DNA of 57,452 nt, the filler included, from Bipalium vagum (taxonomy: Eukaryota), in assembly GCA_037834085.1 (NCBI GenBank). It is 3 parts of 3 records of this genome, joined end to end, with 100 filler letters (N's around TTAATTAATTAA, not from the genome) between each part and the next. Parts side by side here need not be neighbours in the genome. Positions count along the whole stretch, not along the records: positions 1 to 20,316 come from JBBMKC010255435.1; positions 20,417 to 39,696 come from JBBMKC010005791.1; 1 more part is not named here. The stretch is one strand, 5' to 3'. This document shows, piece by piece, positions 11,101 to 23,647 of the stretch (the stretch's first letter is position 1; every line of letters starts with the position of its first letter). The notes under the pieces are model-generated. The model saw nothing but the letters and a program-made list of their open reading frames with translations, was not told the origin of the DNA and did not search any database. A program made the translations under genes and the position numbers.

Positions 11101-12392
11101 AGATTTGAATTATAAATTAAAATATTACAATTTCAAAATATTGATTTATAAGAGAATAATCGATAATAATAATTCTGTTAATTTAATATAATAATCAATA
11201 AAATCATTAATAAATAGAAAAAAGTCAATTATTATTACTATTGGAAAAGAGAAAATTGATTTATTAAAAAACTTTAAACATCAATTTTAAATGACAAATG
11301 TAATCAATAAAATAAAAATTACAAAAATGTCAATCATATCAAAAAGCAGAAATAAAGAGACAACAGAAAATAGGATAGAAAGCAGACAATGGAAATTCAC
11401 CTTATTTAATGATTTTTCATATGTTATGAAATGATTATTGGTCTGATTCTGGATATTGATTACATTTGGTCGAGGAGCCAAATGGAATGTGGGGGGAGAT
11501 CTGACGTTTGGTTGAGATCGAGGATGAGTATAATAGGGCTGCATCGAATTACCATACCTCATTTTTGGGAAAAATGGTCGAGTTGTGGAGATCTTCACAA
11601 AGGAAAATAGAATTATTAAAATATTTTACCGATATAAAAATATCGAAAACACTTTCATATTTTATTTATAGAAAGTAATAAAAGTTAAATAGAATAAAAA
11701 AAACTAAAATAATAATCATTAATAGTCAAATTATTATTAATCAATAATAAAAAATATAAAGATAATACAGAATAATAATCAATATTCATAAAAATAGTAT
11801 AATCTAATTTTACTTTGTGAGTTGAAAAATGATTCGATTTTAGCGATTTACATCCTAAACTATTCTCATTTTTCATTCTATTTGTACAGACCATTTGAGA
11901 ATTGGAGATCGAAGCCTCAGAACCCTGATTACATTCCGAATTGGCCATAACCTAAAAGGAACAAAAGAATCGAAAGATAACAAAACAGAACAAAAAACAG
12001 AATAATAAATAATTGCTGCCACCATTCTTACCCGATTCTGTTTGATTGTTCTCGATATTTTACTGAATCGATTATTCGATTGCAAATGTTTCCTTTTGAT
12101 AGCCAGCAAGTGCTGTTGACGAGACCATGCCTTTCGAGCAGCATCGGCTTTGGCTTGCTTGGCCTCTTCCTCAATTTTTCGTTTTTCGGCCTTGAAAAAT
12201 TCCGCTTCCTCCTTCTTCAGACGTTCTAGTTCCTTTTTCTGAGTCGTTGGATCGTAATCACCATAACAATAGAGCATGTCGTCTTCCTCGATTCCAGCTT
12301 TCATCTCGTCGGCTTCGTGTAGTGCTTTCAATTGCTCCAAATGCCAAGCTTTTTTCGATGATTCCAAATTTTGCTAAAGAGAAATATTTGCC

Positions 12393-12442
<50 letters not shown>

Positions 12443-13147
12443 TAATAATAATTTCAATTTTCCATAAAATCGATTAAAGCAATACTTTAGCCATTTCTAA
12501 TTGATCAGCCAACGTATCCTCAATGACAGACTCGACCATACGAACTCCAAACCTTTGTATCGGATTTAGCTGCTCTTCAAATTCCTTGATCTGACGCTCA
12601 GTCTCCAAATGAAACTTTTCTTCTTTCTCTATGTCCTCGTTCTTGGAACAACTGGAAGTCTGATGATAGAGATCGTGGTTGTTTTCTATTTCGTCCCATG
12701 GTATTGTTTCATCGAATTCTGCCAGATCTGCTTTCATTTCCGCTTTAGCATTGGAGGCAGCGATCCGATCATTTTCCTCTTCAATCAACTGCAACGCTTC
12801 CTCAAATTCCGTAGTGTCAAAGATAGGGGCATTCTCTGAATTTGTTAAATTGTCCGAAACTACTGAATTTGGAACAGCAGCGCCGACAGAACCTGAGACA
12901 GCATTCGTACCAGAACCCGAAAACTGAACATTTATGGGAGGTCCTCGCCATTTTATCTGACGTCCACTTCGTGTAGTAATATGTTGACTCTGATTCGATT
13001 CCGATTTCACTTCTTTACTCTCAATAATTTCAATTTTTGCATTGTTAGAGTTTTCATTATCGATAGAAAGTTGCTCGCTCATCAAATCCTGTAAATAATG
13101 TAATTAAATAATTAAATAATGTCTCTAATAGACGCAATAATAATAGT

Positions 13148-13179
<32 letters not shown>

Positions 13180-16100
13180 GTAAATCATGATTTTAAAATT
13201 AAATAGGCGGTATGATGTTCAATTTCAATAAGTAATAATTGGTTTCTAAGCTTAAAATAAAATGACACGAAAGACAATGAACATCCAGCAAAAGGAATGA
13301 AAGACGATTTGCAGAATTAAATGATCAATCAGCAACTTGCGCACCAGTAAAATGGTTCAAAACATATACGGTACATCAACCGGAAGAGATCAATATCGAT
13401 CGCAAAGCCAAATATTTTGACAATGTATCTGGTGGGATCACGTTGATGCAGGGTGTTACAAAATGCTAAAATTAAATCATGTCACCAGAAATACATACAT
13501 CTAAGCCGGACGGAGCTTTGAAAAGGTCTTCAAGCGTATTGGTTTTGAAAAAGGCCGTGTTGAACTGACCTCCTTCAATGGCCATATCATTCAACGTCCG
13601 TTTCTGGTTGGCTTTCTTAAGAATGTTCTCCTCCACTGTCATGTGGCTAATCAGTCGATAGATGTGAACATCACGAGTCTGACCAATTCGATGGCATCTA
13701 TACGAGGTGGAATTATCAACAATGGAAAGAACAAATAAACAATAAAAATATATAATCACAAACACAATAAAAATAAAGAATTAAATTTAAAACATAACTA
13801 TTCATGATTTTATAATAAATAATAAAATATTTAATAATAATAGCAGTAGTTTATAATTTCTTTGATTATTGTACAATTTATTGAGACACAAATTTGAGCT
13901 AAATCAATAAGAAATGTTTAAGGAGAGTCTTAAAGGAAGAAAAAAAGAATTTTATTTTTTGCAAAAATAAATTATCACAACAACATGAAATAAAAATGTT
14001 CAATTGGTTAAAAAATGATGTTTTTTCCCCAAAAATAAATCCAGTTTTTTCGGGGACTAATTAAATAATTTTATTAAGAATTATTAAATGGAAATTAAAT
14101 TTTAAAAAAATTTAGAAAAATGTAAATAATTTATAAATATCATGTAATTTCTTGTAAAGGTTTAAAGAATAAATTTATGCCAGTCAATAATGAAAAAATA
14201 ATAAATATATTTTATTAATTAAAAAAAATTCTTTTTTCAAAGGTTAAAAATGGTATTGATTCAAAATTGATATTGACCGCACAGAAACAAAATGTTAAAA
14301 TTTTATTGGTAAAATTATTTTTAATCGATAATTTAATAAAATATAATTTGTAATGATTTTTTCTATTAATAATTGATAATATTGAAATATTTAAAAAATT
14401 GATCAATTTTATTCTAAAGAAAAATAATATTTATCAATATAAGAAATTTATATTTAAAATATGTTATTGAATCTTAAAGTTTTTATTTCTGATAAATAAA
14501 TTTCCGTTTCAATAGATTTGAAAAAAATATTCAATGAATTTCTAAATGAAAATCAACAAATTTCAATGTCTGAACTTTAGAAATAATAATTATATAATTT
14601 AAATAAAGTCTCTGGTAGATACCATAATAATAATAATAATAATTATTATTATTTTCCTCTTTTCTCAATTTCATTTTCCAGAATAAGTAGGGATTTCGAT
14701 TCCAACTTCTTCTCATACGTGCCTGTTTCCATCCCTTCTGAAAATTTTTCATCTGAACTTGACACACAAAATATTAATTCCTTCTTATTGATCTCTGATT
14801 TCATTTCCATCATAATATTATCATTATTCGTAAGTAATTCTGGATCACTTTCTGGGTTCCAGGTTGCCTCAACAGACAACCAAAATATTCATATTTTTCC
14901 TCATTATTTATTCTGTTGTTCTGAGAGAATTGAATGGGTAACAGTGGCTTAGGAACCTCAAAGTGCTCAAATATTCTAATTAATTGATCAGGTATGAAAC
15001 TGGCGTTAAGAAATTTTTAAATAAACATTTCGAAAACATCGAAGTTCCAACGAAAAAGAAGAAGAGGGGAAGATTGTATTTGTATGAATCAAATATTGCC
15101 TTTATGATGTTATTCACCAAAAAAAAAACGTTTTGAAGTGCAAAATTAAAATATCACCTGTCTTGAGCCTGAGCGTCCATTGTTGGGTTCCAGTCAGAAT
15201 CGTAAAAGATGACTGTATCAGCTCCCGTTAAATTTATACCAAGTCCACCGGAACGAGTACTAAGGATGAATACAAATATTCTGGAATCTTGATTAAAACT
15301 CTCCATCAAAAGTTGGCGCTGTTCAATCTTCGTCGCGCCGTCTAATCTCAAGTATCGATAACCCAGATAAGACAAGAACTGTTCCAGAATATCGAGCATC
15401 CGTGTCATTTGTGTGAATATCAAACATCTGTGTGATTCTTTATTCAACCGTTTCAATAATATTTCCAAAGTTTGCAGTTTTCCTAGTAGAGAAATCCAGT
15501 GTAAAGAATAATACTAATCGATAATATGAAAATATAATATATATAATATAATTATAATTAAATATATAATTAATTTAACAATCTATTTTGTATAAATTAT
15601 TGATTGTAAATTTAATTAATATTGATCTATTAAATTAATCAAATTTTCGAGATTTTCTAAATGAATTATTTTTAAAAAACATTGGCATTCAAAGGAATAA
15701 GAATTGATAATTTGAAGATAGAGATAAGAGATTAAGAGAAATATGAAGCTTTACTGTTTGACTATTTCGGTTAATATACAATCGAGATGGTAAAGTTTTT
15801 GTTTTAAATATGCCACATTACTTTTCGTGTGAATATGATATTAATGTTTGGAATTGAAAGTAATTTATTGTATCAGTTATTATTATAAAAAATTGACATA
15901 TGATTCACTTTATTTTTTGTTTAAATTAACAATTTATTTAAAAGATGAGTACTCAAAATAATAATCTTCTGTTGAATTGTTCATTATAAAAACTAATTAA
16001 AACCAATCAGAAAAAACCCAAATTTTTAAAATTTAAAATATAATCTTCCACAAAAATTACTGCAAATTAAAAAAACGAATTTCTATTAAAATTATACCAC

Positions 16101-18427
16101 ACAATTCTTTTCTGTTCCCAATACATTCACTGATTCTTTTGTCCATGCTTAAAATTAAAAATATTCTTATGGTATGTTTTCATTGTTCTAAAAGACTGAT
16201 GGCAAGCTCTGCTGTTGTAGTTTCTTGTATATTGTTTTTATACATTGACCAAGATTATCCCAAGTATGTTCAATGGGAGACATCAGGTGAGCGTGCAGGT
16301 CATGGAAGAACTGATACATTTCAGGCACTCAAAGAATCAGTCACTATTCTGGCAGTATGTTGCTTTGCATTATTATGTTGCAATATAAGATGATGCTTTT
16401 CAGTATTTGGAATGATATGCTGGTTGATAATTTCCTTCAAATAACGTGTAGAATTAATGTGCCACCAATAATAGCTGTATCTGTTCTACCATTCACCATA
16501 TGCTACACCATATCATAACACTTGCACCACCATACCTATCATGCTGCTTTATACAGCAATATGCAAATCTCTTCTTTTCTAGAGTCTGACTCTTATTCGA
16601 CCATCATTGAAGTTCAATGAAAATAGGGATTAAATCTGATTTAACAAAGCCGTTGTTAATTGTTGATGTCAGGAAATTTTAAGAATTTTTAATATCAACG
16701 TATAGGCCGCATCGGATTATAAGCCGCAACACCTAAATTATAATACATTTCAGGTTTTTGCGTGCGGCTTATAGTTCGGCAAATACGGTACTTTGAATTT
16801 CAAAATTTTTAAAAACTTTAAACAGGTTAATTTTAAAATAAATTATTAATTTATTTAACTAAAAAAATACAAATTTACCACCTGGATTGTCATAAATCCA
16901 CTACTTACTTTCTATTCGTTTCTTTTTAAGCAAGATTTCAAAAAAAATTAGTTAAATAAATAAAATAATAAAAAAATAATGGTTAAAACAAACTATCACA
17001 CTAACCACAATCATACTGAATAAGTCTCGTATCGGGAAATTGAACTCGTTGCGAATTAACTACCTGAAAATGGCCATCAGGTATCAAAGGTTTTACTAAT
17101 GACAAAAATCTATTGGAAAAGCTGATTTCGTTTTGTCTCAATAAACAGGATTTGTTTACTCGAACTCCATCCGATAATGCAGGAGGAACGCAGAAAACAA
17201 ACCTATGTAGCAAAGAAAAACTTGAAGTATTGATTATTGGCAATTTGAAAAATATAAAAAAAATCAATAAAATTTATCAAAATTTGAATCATTGATATTA
17301 AAAAAATTAGAATTTTTTCATAATTTTCCAGTATCAGAAAAAAGAGAAGTTTAATCATGTCACACAATATTGTAATTTTATGCTAGTTACAACAAAAATA
17401 TAATAACAAAATTTATAATTATAATTAAAATTCTGCAAATTAATAAAGGCTTCTTTTTAAATGTTTTGAAATCTTAAATAACATAAAATATAACTTATAA
17501 TTAAATTGAATCAATAAATTCTAATAGAAAGAATTAAAAATCCCCTGGTTTGATAACTAAATTTAAAAATTCACATGTAAGAAAAAAAACTGATTTAATG
17601 GTAAGTATTTGCACAAAAATATTAACTGGAACTCGTATTATCATCAATGTTGTGCTTCAATGTCGATGCTGATCAATCATCTGGAAAGAAAAATAGTCAC
17701 AAAAATTCTCCCGTTCCTAAACAATGAGAGGTTTTAATGGAGGAATCTCAATTAGCTAACAGGTCAAATCTGATATCATGTTATTCCAAAATAAGCTCTA
17801 CGATCTTTCCTTTTCCAAATCAAGATTGTCTGATTAGTAAATATTCCGGAATAAAGAAGTAAAGGTATAATTCAGTTCAAAATAATAATTAAATGTAAAT
17901 GTACCAAATGTAAAGGTTTGACTGCGCGATATCTATATATGGGCCACCCTATATAATAGTTTCAACGAGTAAAGGTGTGAAAAATAAAATCAATAATATT
18001 TCACAATCTTAAATTTTGGCTATCGATTATTTTGATCAAATTGGTAAACATTTAAGTTTTGTGTCTCCCCTTTTAAACGACCAATGTAGGTTTCATTCAT
18101 TTTAAGTAGACCAGTAATCAATAATATTATATCAATATATGAAAAAATCGATAAAACTTTACTTTTTAAGAATATCATCCGCATCAAGAAAAATTTGACT
18201 TAAAGATTTTCCCGAGACCAAAAGCTTTAAGTGGATAAAACACGAAGACTTTATCGACTTTTTTAATGTTAAGAAGTCCACAACATCGGGACCAAAGGTC
18301 AAGAATGTATCGCACCGAAATTCGTTACATTTCGCCATATATTTCAACGAGTCTTGTCGTTTTTGTATTCTATCTCGAATCAGATATTCCGGCAGCTTAC
18401 ATTCATAAATGTCATTCTGGTACTGTT
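7628..18427 (-). CDS. SRCAP: Helicase Domino / SRCAP / p400 (SWR1-family chromatin remodeler), 3' half. Exons: 18427-18163, 17202-17006, 15482-15158, 13697-13499, 13088-12486, 12373-12032, 11951-11814, 11592-11401, 10461-10047, 8193-7628
   Basis: [13 protein letters not shown]|[60 protein letters not shown]|[30 protein letters not shown] is diagnostic of the SWR1/SRCAP/Domino HELICc lobe. All listed junctions are GT-AG and phase-consistent. HSA and SNF2_N exons are not in the window. Confidence 0.93.
9081..9092 (-). CDS. SRCAP: Candidate 12-nt microexon of Domino/SRCAP
   Basis: Minus strand reads ttttttcag-like acceptor cattttTCAG|ATGATCTGAGTG|GTAAGT. Phase 1-1, no stop in the Domino frame. 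Confidence 0.55.
10047..10461 (-). CDS. SRCAP: Domino/SRCAP exon (Ser-rich)
   Basis: ttttccctgtccag|ATG acceptor and A|gtatgg donor. Phase 0-1. Confidence 0.72.
11401..11592 (-). CDS. SRCAP: Domino/SRCAP exon (Pro-rich)
   Basis: gaag|ATC acceptor and AAG|gtgaat donor. 192 nt, phase 0-0. Confidence 0.7.
11814..13088 (-). CDS. SRCAP: Domino/SRCAP post-helicase exons 13088-12486, 12373-12032, 11951-11814
   Basis: Contains [16 protein letters not shown] and an acidic/coiled-coil segment like the SRCAP/Domino L(T/N)PIERYA region. Phase-0 GT-AG junctions. Confidence 0.8.
13499..13697 (-). CDS. SRCAP: Domino/SRCAP exon, helicase motif VI onward
   Basis: [50 protein letters not shown]. Confidence 0.95.
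15158..15482 (-). CDS. SRCAP: Domino/SRCAP HELICc exon
   Basis: [12 protein letters not shown]...[17 protein letters not shown]...[16 protein letters not shown]. Confidence 0.96.
16100..16670 (-). mobile_element. Tc1 (DD34E) transposase remnant in Domino intron
   Basis: Minus-strand [17 protein letters not shown] and P*PARSPD-SPIEHTW. Confidence 0.75.
16700..16790. mobile_element. Tc2/pogo-type terminal inverted repeat with subterminal repeats
   Basis: Reverse complement reads TA-CCGTATTTGCCGAACTATAAGCCGCAC, and the TATAAGCCGCA-like motif recurs three times. Confidence 0.6.
17006..17202 (-). CDS. SRCAP: Domino/SRCAP exon, end of the SWR1-family insert
   Basis: FVFCVPPA...[13 protein letters not shown]. 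Confidence 0.9.
18163..18427 (-). CDS. SRCAP: Domino/SRCAP exon within the ATPase insert (most 5' exon found)
   Basis: [39 protein letters not shown]...; phase 1-2, joins correctly to 17202. Confidence 0.75.
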
Positions 18428-18569
18428 CTAGCGAAATAAATTATGAGACCATTTAATAAAAAAGGACAAGGTGTTATTTTTTAAAAATCGATAATTTTTA
18501 ATAATATTGCCCATTTGGAGGAAATATTCAAATAATAATTATAATAATAAAATTTCGATTTTTTATTGA

Positions 18570-19400
18570 AAAAGGCTAACGTTGCGGAAAACGAAAAAAA
18601 ATATCCCCAACAGATTTTCTAGGTTAAAAAGGTTTAAATTTGCACTAACTTACAGACTCAAGCATTAATAAAAGCACACTATTTTAAAATGTTTTATTAT
18701 ATTTAGAAAAGAGAATCAAATGGTGCAAAGATCACCAGAAGACAAGATTTGGTCGATGGATTTTCAGTGAAGAATGTTTATTTGAACTATATTCAAATCA
18801 TATTGAAGTTTCGTCCAAGTCCAAGACCCAAAATATAGAAACCAAAATTGAACCCGACTTTAATGCTATAGGGAGCAATAAGAACCAACGGAAAATCAAT
18901 TTTGGCAAAATTGACTCCAATTTGTATCAAGGAATATATTACAGAGAGCTCTGCCAATGATTAGGAAACTGTTACCAAAACGTCTTCTAATGCAAGATGG
19001 AGCAAAACCTCACTTCGAAGTTGACAAGAGATTGGTTAGTTGGAAATAATATAACCGTTAATTCATGGCCAGCAAACTTTCTTGCCCCAAACCCAACTGA
19101 AAATGTTTAGGAAATAATAAAGAAAGAAATATGATTAATTTTGAGATAATTCTTGATAATGTTTGGAATGAACACGCACTGAAATATTTTAAGGTATTAT
19201 TTCTGTCTTTCTGTTCTTTTATTGCTTTGAAAGGAGAAAAGAAAAAATATTAAACTTTATAGTGTTTATTGTGTAAATATATATTTTAAAAAACATAAAA
19301 GTTTATAATAAGCTCATTATCTTAGAGTAATTTTCATTTAAAAGTATCAAATTTTTATAGCAATGGGTACAATGCGATTTCGAAGTAATTCTTGCTCTGA
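18570..19400 (+). mobile_element. Tc1-like transposase remnant
   Basis: FSEEC (FSDE), MQDGAKPH and WPAN..PNPTENV* motifs with many stops. Confidence 0.7.
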
Positions 19401-20316
19401 TCTCATTTCAAAAATAATTTAGCTAAAAATATAATTATTATATTTTAGATCAATTAAACACACACCGTCCTTTGCTTGTTTTAAAACAGAATTGAATCTG
19501 GATATATTTTATAAATTTTATTTACGTTCAAAGTTTGCAAATTTTAAGTTTTAATTCGTTAATAAAAACATCCTGGAATCAAGTCAGATACAAGACAGTT
19601 TTATGAAAAATCCAAAATCATGAAATCAGTTTCTTTAAAATATACTAAACAGAAATGGAAGTGTAAGAGACAAGTTTCCATAGCAATTGTTAAAAATTTC
19701 AATGTCTAAAAGAAACGCTTCAATCTCGTTCATTTTCTGAAATAAATTTTTTCCATTTAATAAAAATTTTGTTTCCTAAACCAGTTTTCCAAAAATAGAT
19801 TGCATTATTTTGTTCTAATCAATACCAAACTAATTATTATTTTTCTGAATTATTATTATTAAATGGACTTAATTTTTTAAAATTCATTATAAGAATATAA
19901 TAATAAATAATAATTATGTTATAATAAAAATAATTACATAACATTTGTACAAATTCCTTAATTTAAAAAATTTAAAATTCATTACATTATAATTTTGAAA
20001 AAAAAATCGAAAATTAAAAATTATTAAAACTAATATAAATTTTATAAATATTTATTACCATTATTATTTTTAAAGTTAATTACTTAGTTCTTTTTTATAT
20101 TTATATTTTTTATATTTAATAATGAAAAATATTTTTAAAAATTTAATCATAATTATTTCAAATAACTATTATTTAATTAAAATAGAACAATATTGTAAGT
20201 TATTTGAAATAAAATAAATTTTACTTTATAAATTAAAATCAGAAAATATTATTTTTCGATAATATATGATATAGATTATAATATTAGGAAAAACGGTAAA
20301 GATCAATAATAACAAA

Positions 20317-20416
20317 NNNNNNNNNNNNNNNNNNNNNNNNNNNNNNNNNNNNNNNNNNNNTTAATTAATTAANNNNNNNNNNNNNNNNNNNNNNNNNNNN
20401 NNNNNNNNNNNNNNNN
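20317..20416. other. Artificial assembly spacer (44 N + TTAATTAATTAA + 44 N)
   Basis: Exactly 100 nt. The palindromic 12-mer puts TAA in all six frames. An identical spacer is at 39697-39796. Confidence 0.95.
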
Positions 20417-22129
20417 AATTTTTTATTGAAAATTCCAAAAAAACTAAATCTTAANNNNNNNNNNNNNNNNNNNNNNNNNNNNNNNNNNNNNNNNNNNNNN
20501 NNNNNNNNNNNNNNNNNNNNNNNNNNNNNNNNNNNNNNNNNNNNNNNNNNNNNNNNNNNNNNNNNNNNNNNNNNNNNNNNNNNNNNNNNNNNNNNNNNNN
20601 TAAATAATGAAAACATTGTAATGAAATTATTGTAAAAATTTAAACAAAAGAATTGGATTAATTGCCATTCCAAATTTATAAACGATTATAACTATCAAAT
20701 AAGTCCTTATAATACTGAAATAATTATGTTGAATTTCCGATTTTTTTGACTATTGGACAATTTCGCTGTCATAGGCAATGGAACCAGAATTGTTTCTCAT
20801 TATTTCCGCACTATGAACAATTAAACCGGTGAAATAATCATAATAATAAGTTTTCATTAAAATCGTCATTACTGTTTTAAAGTTTCCCAAAAATCAATTT
20901 CTCTGAAAGCCGAGAGAGGCTGGGGTTCATGTTCTGCTGAATTTTGGTTGTATCAAAACTGAGGAAAAAAGTAAAGGAGGAATAAAATGGACAACAAATA
21001 TATTGTCAATGACAAATAACATATATAGTAAATGGAACTGCAATGGTGTTCTCTATATTACGTTCTCGAAATAATTTCCTTTTACAGATAACATTAACTC
21101 AGTTCTTCGTGGTATAAACAATATTACAATTTGCAGCCCTTCGGTAATAAAATTGGAACATTCTTTATTTATTCGTTCATCCATTTTTACTAGATTTTTT
21201 CTGATTTTGGTTTTCGGAACATATACACGAATCCTTAATTAAATTTATTGAATTTTGATTTCCCTAATCTTAGCCTTAGGGAAATTTTCATTGCCATAAT
21301 AATATGGAATTAAATCAATTTTCAAATATAGATTAATACCTAAATTTAGAATATTTTTCATTAGTGACTCATTTAAACAAAATCCACTTTTATGTACTTT
21401 CTAAAAATATAAAAAGATTTAAATAAAATATATTTTCATACAAAATTGGCAAACGACAATTTTATTTTCTCGGGTTTTGATAGAACCGGTATGATTGCGA
21501 TCAGTGATGTGGAGAATGTCAATATATAAAAGAAGAATTTGAACAGTTTGAAATTTTGACTTCCAAATAATTTTTAATCTTGAGTCTCATTAAGCCTTTG
21601 AGATCCACGGGTTCATGGATTTTAAAAGTTAGTTGTATATTAAAAATCAATTTCTCAAAATGTTAATAAAATTGAAAAAAATAATTAATTTTCGTTGAAT
21701 AAAACATTTATTCATTTGCCATTAAACTGCACATATATATTAATTTTGTTTTAATTAATAAACAAAACCAATAATTTCAATAATTGTGACATTTTACTTT
21801 TCTGAACAGAGAATTGACTAGAAATAGAAAGGCCTATAGTAAAAGATTATTTTTATTAATTATTTAATTTACCGATTCCGCAAAAAGTAAACCCAAATTC
21901 TTTGTTATGAATAAATCAGTAAAACAATGAACAATGAAATATTATTTTAATTTCATTCTTAAGTAAAATAATTAATGAGAACGAATTTTATCTGTACGAG
22001 AACTTAGAACTTATTCTATCAATATGAAATATTACTTTATATTTTTATTTTTTGTTATAAAAATCAAGCAGGCAATGGATAGAAATGAAATAAAAAGAAT
22101 AACATTTATACTTGTTTGGAAGTAAATTA

Positions 22130-22690
22130 ATTAATTTTTTATTATAATTTAATTATTAATATTAAATATAAAATGATATTTTATTGAATAAATATAAATA
22201 TAAAATAATATATTATTACTAATCATTATCCAGTATTATTAATTTTAAATAGAAAACTGTATTTAATTGACTAAATATAAATATAAAATAATATATTATT
22301 ACTAATCATTATCTAGTATTATTAATTTTAAATAGATAACTGTATTTAAATGACTAAATATAAAATATAAAATAAAATATTATAATATTATTAATTATTA
22401 TTTATTTATTAATATCAAATATTAAATCATATTTTATTGATTAAACATAAAAATATAAAAATAAAATATTATATAATTATTATTTATTATTAATATACAA
22501 TATTGTTATTATATAATTATTATTATATAATTGATTTAATATTATTAATATTAAATATAAAATAGTGTTTTTCATGAAATAAAAATAGAAATATCGAAAT
22601 AAAATATTATTATTGATTATTATTTAATTATTAATATTATATATAAAATTATATTTAAATGACTTAATATAAAAATATAAACATGAAAAT
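22130..22690. repeat. AT-rich minisatellite, about 83-nt unit
   Basis: Two near-identical copies (about 22188-22271 and 22272-22355: AAATATAAAATAATATATTATTACTAATCATTATC.AGTATTATTAATTTTAAATAGA.AACTGTATTTAA.TGACT) with degenerate copies either side. Confidence 0.75.
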
Positions 22691-23611
22691 AAAAAAATTT
22701 TTTTTTCCTTTTAGAAATATAATTCTTACAAATTTTAATGTTATACGACATATTTACGATGTAAGTTGGACATGGTCATGGACGTTGAATGTCAGTTGGA
22801 ACCGCATGGAAATCTAAAGTGAAATGTCAAAGAAATTATTTTCTGGAAATAGAAAATCAAACTTGTTTTTAATGATTTATAGAACTTAAGAGGAATTTTT
22901 TAATATTATATTTATTATTATTGGGAATATTTTTCGTCTATTGTACTGTTGTCTGGAAACATAAATTTTATATATTTCCAACTCGTAATTGTCTACAGAT
23001 AATAGAATCCAACTTCATCTTTTAGAAAGATATCAGAATTTTCTTTTGACTATTATTAATAATAATTATTTAAAAGTATATTCACTTATGTAAATCTATT
23101 TTTATTAAATGGAAAATAATAATAAATAATAAAAAATTATTATTTAACAATTTATATTTTTATAATGTTAATTAGCGAAGAAAAAATATTCGTTAAGAAA
23201 TAATCGAATTATTTTATGTAATGGTAGAAAAAGTTTTTAATTTTTCAAAAAAATAATTTTCATATATTCTCTTTCATCTTGAAATCTGGAATACCGCTTT
23301 TATGTTCTGATCTTCACAATAAACAGTTTTAATTACCTGAATCGTTTCAGTGGCACTTTGACACACGTGAAATAAATCTTAACATTTTTCGCTGTTTTTC
23401 TTTGTGACAAACTAAAATAAATACTGTTATTAGAAATGACAAAATGAACAAAGTACACTAGTGCTGTGAGAATTTCCATGGTACTCAGGTAGTACGCACA
23501 CATAATTCAATTACTCATTGAGAGATGTAATCTTTATTGTTTTATATTTACCATCAGTCACGCTTCCATTAGGAGTCACGGTGCACAATGAAGACGAGAG
23601 GCTCAATAAAA

Positions 23612-23647
<36 letters not shown>

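Noticed and set aside
20361-20372. TTAATTAATTAA as a biological palindrome or piggyBac target
   Set aside because: It is embedded symmetrically in N runs twice, so it is an assembly linker. ORFs spanning the N runs are artefacts.
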